Positions 33,765-36,632 of a stretch of DNA of 36,632 nucleotides are shown here, piece by piece. Below the pieces are notes generated by a model. That model had not been told where the DNA came from, searched no databases, and saw nothing but the letters and a program-made list of their open reading frames with translations. Each line of letters opens with the position of its first letter. The first letter of the stretch is position 1. The stretch comes from Reclinomonas americana ATCC 50394. Taxonomy: Eukaryota. The translations under genes were made by a program, and so were the position numbers. The DNA is taken from assembly GCA_048213135.1 (NCBI GenBank), contig PS015151.1, positions 1,810-38,441 of the forward strand. The letters are read 5' to 3'.

Positions 33765-34293
33765 ATCCTCGGCCCCGTCGACGAATCACGCCGCTGCTCC
33801 GCCCCCGACGTGGAGGAACTACCCTACAAGATCCGCGCCGTGCAAGCCACCGGCGCCTGCTCGACAGCGGCGGCCGCTCACTGTGCCCTAGCCTCGACGT
33901 GCGTGTGCGGCAATGCCGTGTGCAGTCCTGGCGACTGCCAGGAGCGTCGCTTGCCGCCGTCCGCGGTGACCGTGACCGCCGGTGAGGTCGAGGCGGCGGC
34001 CGGCATGGCACAGCCAGATGTGGACGGAGTGGATGAGGTGTCGCTGCGTGAGGAGGCCATTATGGAGACGGAGCGGCAGTCGCGTGGCACAGCGGTGCGA
34101 GAGTATTTGGCGCGTGTGGTGCGCGTGCCCGCAGCCAAGGTAGTTACTTTTTGTGTGGTGTTTCATGGTCGTGTCGGTCTCGTAGCTCATGTGACACACG
34201 CAGCTGAACGACTACTGCCACGCGCTGCTGGCGGTGTGCGACGAGCACCTCTTGCAGCGAATGATGGCGCGCATGGATGAGCTGCGCCTCTGA
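33765..34293 (+). CDS. Last two exons of a hypothetical protein (Cys-rich segment then helical tail); the 5' part probably lies in the gap
   Basis: Exon 33765-34139 (ILGPVDES...CSTAAAAHCALASTCVCGNAVCSPGDC...VRVPAAK), GT-AG intron 34140-34203, exon 34204-34293 (LNDYCHALLAVCDEHLLQRMMARMDELRL-stop). Confidence 0.55.
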
Positions 34294-34702
34294 AGGAATC
34301 GAGGAAATGGGGGGAATAGTGGAAATTTGATGGTAATGATTATTGCACGGATGGGGGTGAGAGTCGCGGCGTGCATATATGTTGCCGCGCGCCGCCGCGC
34401 CCCACTGCGCCGCCCTGGGCTGTATGATTGAAACTAGGGCGTGCGGGGTGAGGGAGAGCGTGTGAGAGGGCGAGGAGTTGTTTTGTTTTGTGAAATAATG
34501 AAGAAAAGGTGTTATGTAATAAGATGCGATGCACACCACGATTTTTTAGAAAAAAAAACACCCATTGCCTTGCTAACGTCGACGGCAGGTTCACTCTGGA
34601 TCAACAGGCAGGCACAACACATTCACTTTGTTGATGAAACACGAAACAACTAAACAAAATCAAGCAACTCTTCTCGCATCCCTCCCAAGATCTCTCTTCC
34701 TC

Positions 34703-35800
34703 TCACAAGTGCGACTCAGGATCCAGGCTGCGCCGATGTAGAACTACCGCCGCCTCCTCCACGATGAAGCACCGCAGCACCATCTCTGGCAGACACCGCG
34801 AATCCGGCTCTTCGTCGACAGCTCTGCGTTGCATCTCCTGCACAGCCCACATCGCCGTTCGTGCTGTGTAGAGCTCAAATGCAGCAAGGCCGCACGGAGT
34901 GGACCACACTCGCAAAGCCGTGTCATAACTGCCACTCACGACATGCCGACCATCAGGTGAGACGGCAACAGAACGCACCATTCCGTTGCGTCCCTTCAAC
35001 TGTTGCACCTCTCTTCCACTTGCCAGTGACCACACTCGCACTCTCTGGTCAAACACATCACCTACACTAACAACGTGCTCACCGTCGGGGGCAACGGAGA
35101 CGTGCATTATAGAATGAGTGTGTCCTTCAAACCGCCGCACTTCTTTGCCAGTCGTCATCGACCACACTCGCACGGTGTCGGCGGGACTGCAACTCACAAT
35201 GTGCTGACCGTTGGGTGTAATGGCAACAGAATGCACCCAATGTCTGTGTCCCTCCAGTCGTCGCACTTCCGCGCCATTCTCCAGCGACCACACCCGCACA
35301 GTCCTGTCATTGCTTCCGCTGACAACGCAGAGACCATCTGGCGTGACGGCGTCAGATTTCACAAAGTTAGTGTGTCCCACCATTCGTCGTACCTCCTGCC
35401 CCGTCGCCAGTGACCACACACGCACGGTGTCATCCCTGCTCCCGCTGACAACGTGCTCCCCATCGGGAGTGACGGCAACAGATTCCACTTCCCTAGCGTG
35501 TCCCTCTAACCGTCTCACTTCCTCTCCACTCTCCAGTGAGCACACTCGCACAGCGTGATCAGAACTCCCACTCACGATGTGTCGTCCATCGGGAGTGACG
35601 GCAACAGAGTTCACATAACCCACGTGGCCCTGCAGTCGCCGCACCTCAGCTCCAGTCGCCAGTGACCACACTCGCACAGTCTTGTCTGTACTCCCAGAGA
35701 CGATGTGACGACCGTCGGGAGTGATGGCGACACACGTCACAGCGCCCGTGTGACAAGTGATGCACTTGGAGGGGAGGAGGGGAGAGGGAGTGGTGGACAT
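34703..35800 (-). CDS. Seven-repeat WD40 beta-propeller protein with a helical C-terminal tail, intronless (~365 aa)
   Basis: Seven ~42-aa repeats of consensus GHxxxVxSVAVTPDGxHxVSGSxDxTVRVWSLxxGxEVRRL; first ATG at 35800. Confidence 0.9.
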   Translation of the reverse strand: MSTTPSPLLPSKCITCHTGAVTCVAITPDGRHIVSGSTDKTVRVWSLATGAEVRRLQGHVGYVNSVAVTPDGRHIVSGSSDHAVRVCSLESGEEVRRLEGHAREVESVAVTPDGEHVVSGSRDDTVRVWSLATGQEVRRMVGHTNFVKSDAVTPDGLCVVSGSNDRTVRVWSLENGAEVRRLEGHRHWVHSVAITPNGQHIVSCSPADTVRVWSMTTGKEVRRFEGHTHSIMHVSVAPDGEHVVSVGDVFDQRVRVWSLASGREVQQLKGRNGMVRSVAVSPDGRHVVSGSYDTALRVWSTPCGLAAFELYTARTAMWAVQEMQRRAVDEEPDSRCLPEMVLRCFIVEEAAVVLHRRSLDPESHL

Positions 35801-36149
35801 GAGGAAGAGAGCAGGGAGCGGGGAGAGAGAGAGAGAGGAGCAGGGAGGCAACAATCAGCGCGCCGGTCGTCGTCGCAGTGTGTGTGTGTGTGTGTGCGTG
35901 TGTGTTTGAGATGACAGCTGATGATCTTTGAGATCGTGTTTGAAGACTCGCTTGTGGGACAGGTCGGCAATGGCACTTCCTCGCTCACGACTCACGGACG
36001 ACGACTTGCAGCAGGCTTTCATTGATAACGTTGAATGCAGGTGCGTCAACAAGGTGTACAACATTCATTTTGGGTCATAATAAAAACACGAAACAACAAA
36101 ACAAAAGGCAACTCTTTGACTCTCTGTCTCTCTCGTCCCTCTCCCTTTT

Positions 36150-36632
36150 TCACAAATGCGACTCCGGATCCATGCTGCGCCGGTGGAGAATAACCGCCGC
36201 CTCCTCCACGATGAAGCACCGCAGCACAATCTCTGGCAGGCACCGCGAATCTACTTCTTCGTCTTCGTCAGCGACAACTGCTCGTTGCATTTCCTGCACG
36301 GCCCGCATCGCCGCCCGCGCTGTATCGAGCTCGAAAGCAGCGAGACCGCACGGATTGGACCACACTCGCAAAGTATTGTCAAAGCTACCACTTACAACAT
36401 GCCGACCATCAGGTGAGACGGCAACAGAGCCCACATATCCGATGTGTCCGTCCAACTGTCGCACCTCTCTTCCACTTGTCAGTGACCACACTCGCACAAT
36501 CGGGTCAACCCCGTCGCCTCCACTTACAACGTGCTCACCGTCGGGGGTGACGGAGACGAATAACAAGCTCTGAGTGTGTCCATCAAATTGTCGCACTTCC
36601 TCGCCTGTCGCCGTTGACCACATTCTCATAGT
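36150..36632 (-). CDS. Tandem WD40 paralog, 5' truncated by the window edge
   Basis: The last two WD repeats and the tail PCGLAAFEL.TAR...DSRCLPE.VLRCFIVEEAAV.LHRRS.DPESHL are nearly identical to 34703-35800. The 3' flank is also duplicated; period about 1447 bp. Confidence 0.9.
   Translation of the reverse strand, partial: TMRMWSTATGEEVRQFDGHTQSLLFVSVTPDGEHVVSGGDGVDPIVRVWSLTSGREVRQLDGHIGYVGSVAVSPDGRHVVSGSFDNTLRVWSNPCGLAAFELDTARAAMRAVQEMQRAVVADEDEEVDSRCLPEIVLRCFIVEEAAVILHRRSMDPESHL

Overview
Gapped scaffold (five N-runs) of an intron-dense, GC-rich, microsatellite-rich eukaryote, probably a protist; the species cannot be identified from this window. The ORF track is fragmented because most genes are split by introns of about 55-120 nt. 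Genes reconstructed by hand: an ARM-repeat-like gene running off the left edge (-); a Gln-rich protein starting MGCKHS (-); an intronless nodulin-like MFS transporter (-); two tandem paralogous soluble hybrid histidine kinases (+; HK1 32 exons/~1409 aa, HK2 30 exons/~1420 aa; ~5 PAS-like modules, HisKA, HATPase, degenerate receiver, receiver); eukaryotic glutathione synthetase (-); a small protein ending HDEL (+); a ~833-aa multi-pass membrane protein ending HEEL (+); the 3' end of an unknown gene; and a tandem pair of intronless WD40 genes (-). The most striking signal is in the splice sites. Of 60 manually placed HK introns, 17 start GTTG(C/A/T)G, with the usual +5 G moved to +6. This form is used at 15 of 20 junctions whose exon ends in a non-G base but only 2 of 40 ending in G, and it switches with the exon's last base between paralogs. 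That suggests routine shifted-register 5' splice-site recognition. Other highlights are a conserved 6-nt microexon, GC-AG introns and a four-Cys insertion in a PAS-like sensor module. All exon models are manual and lack transcript support.
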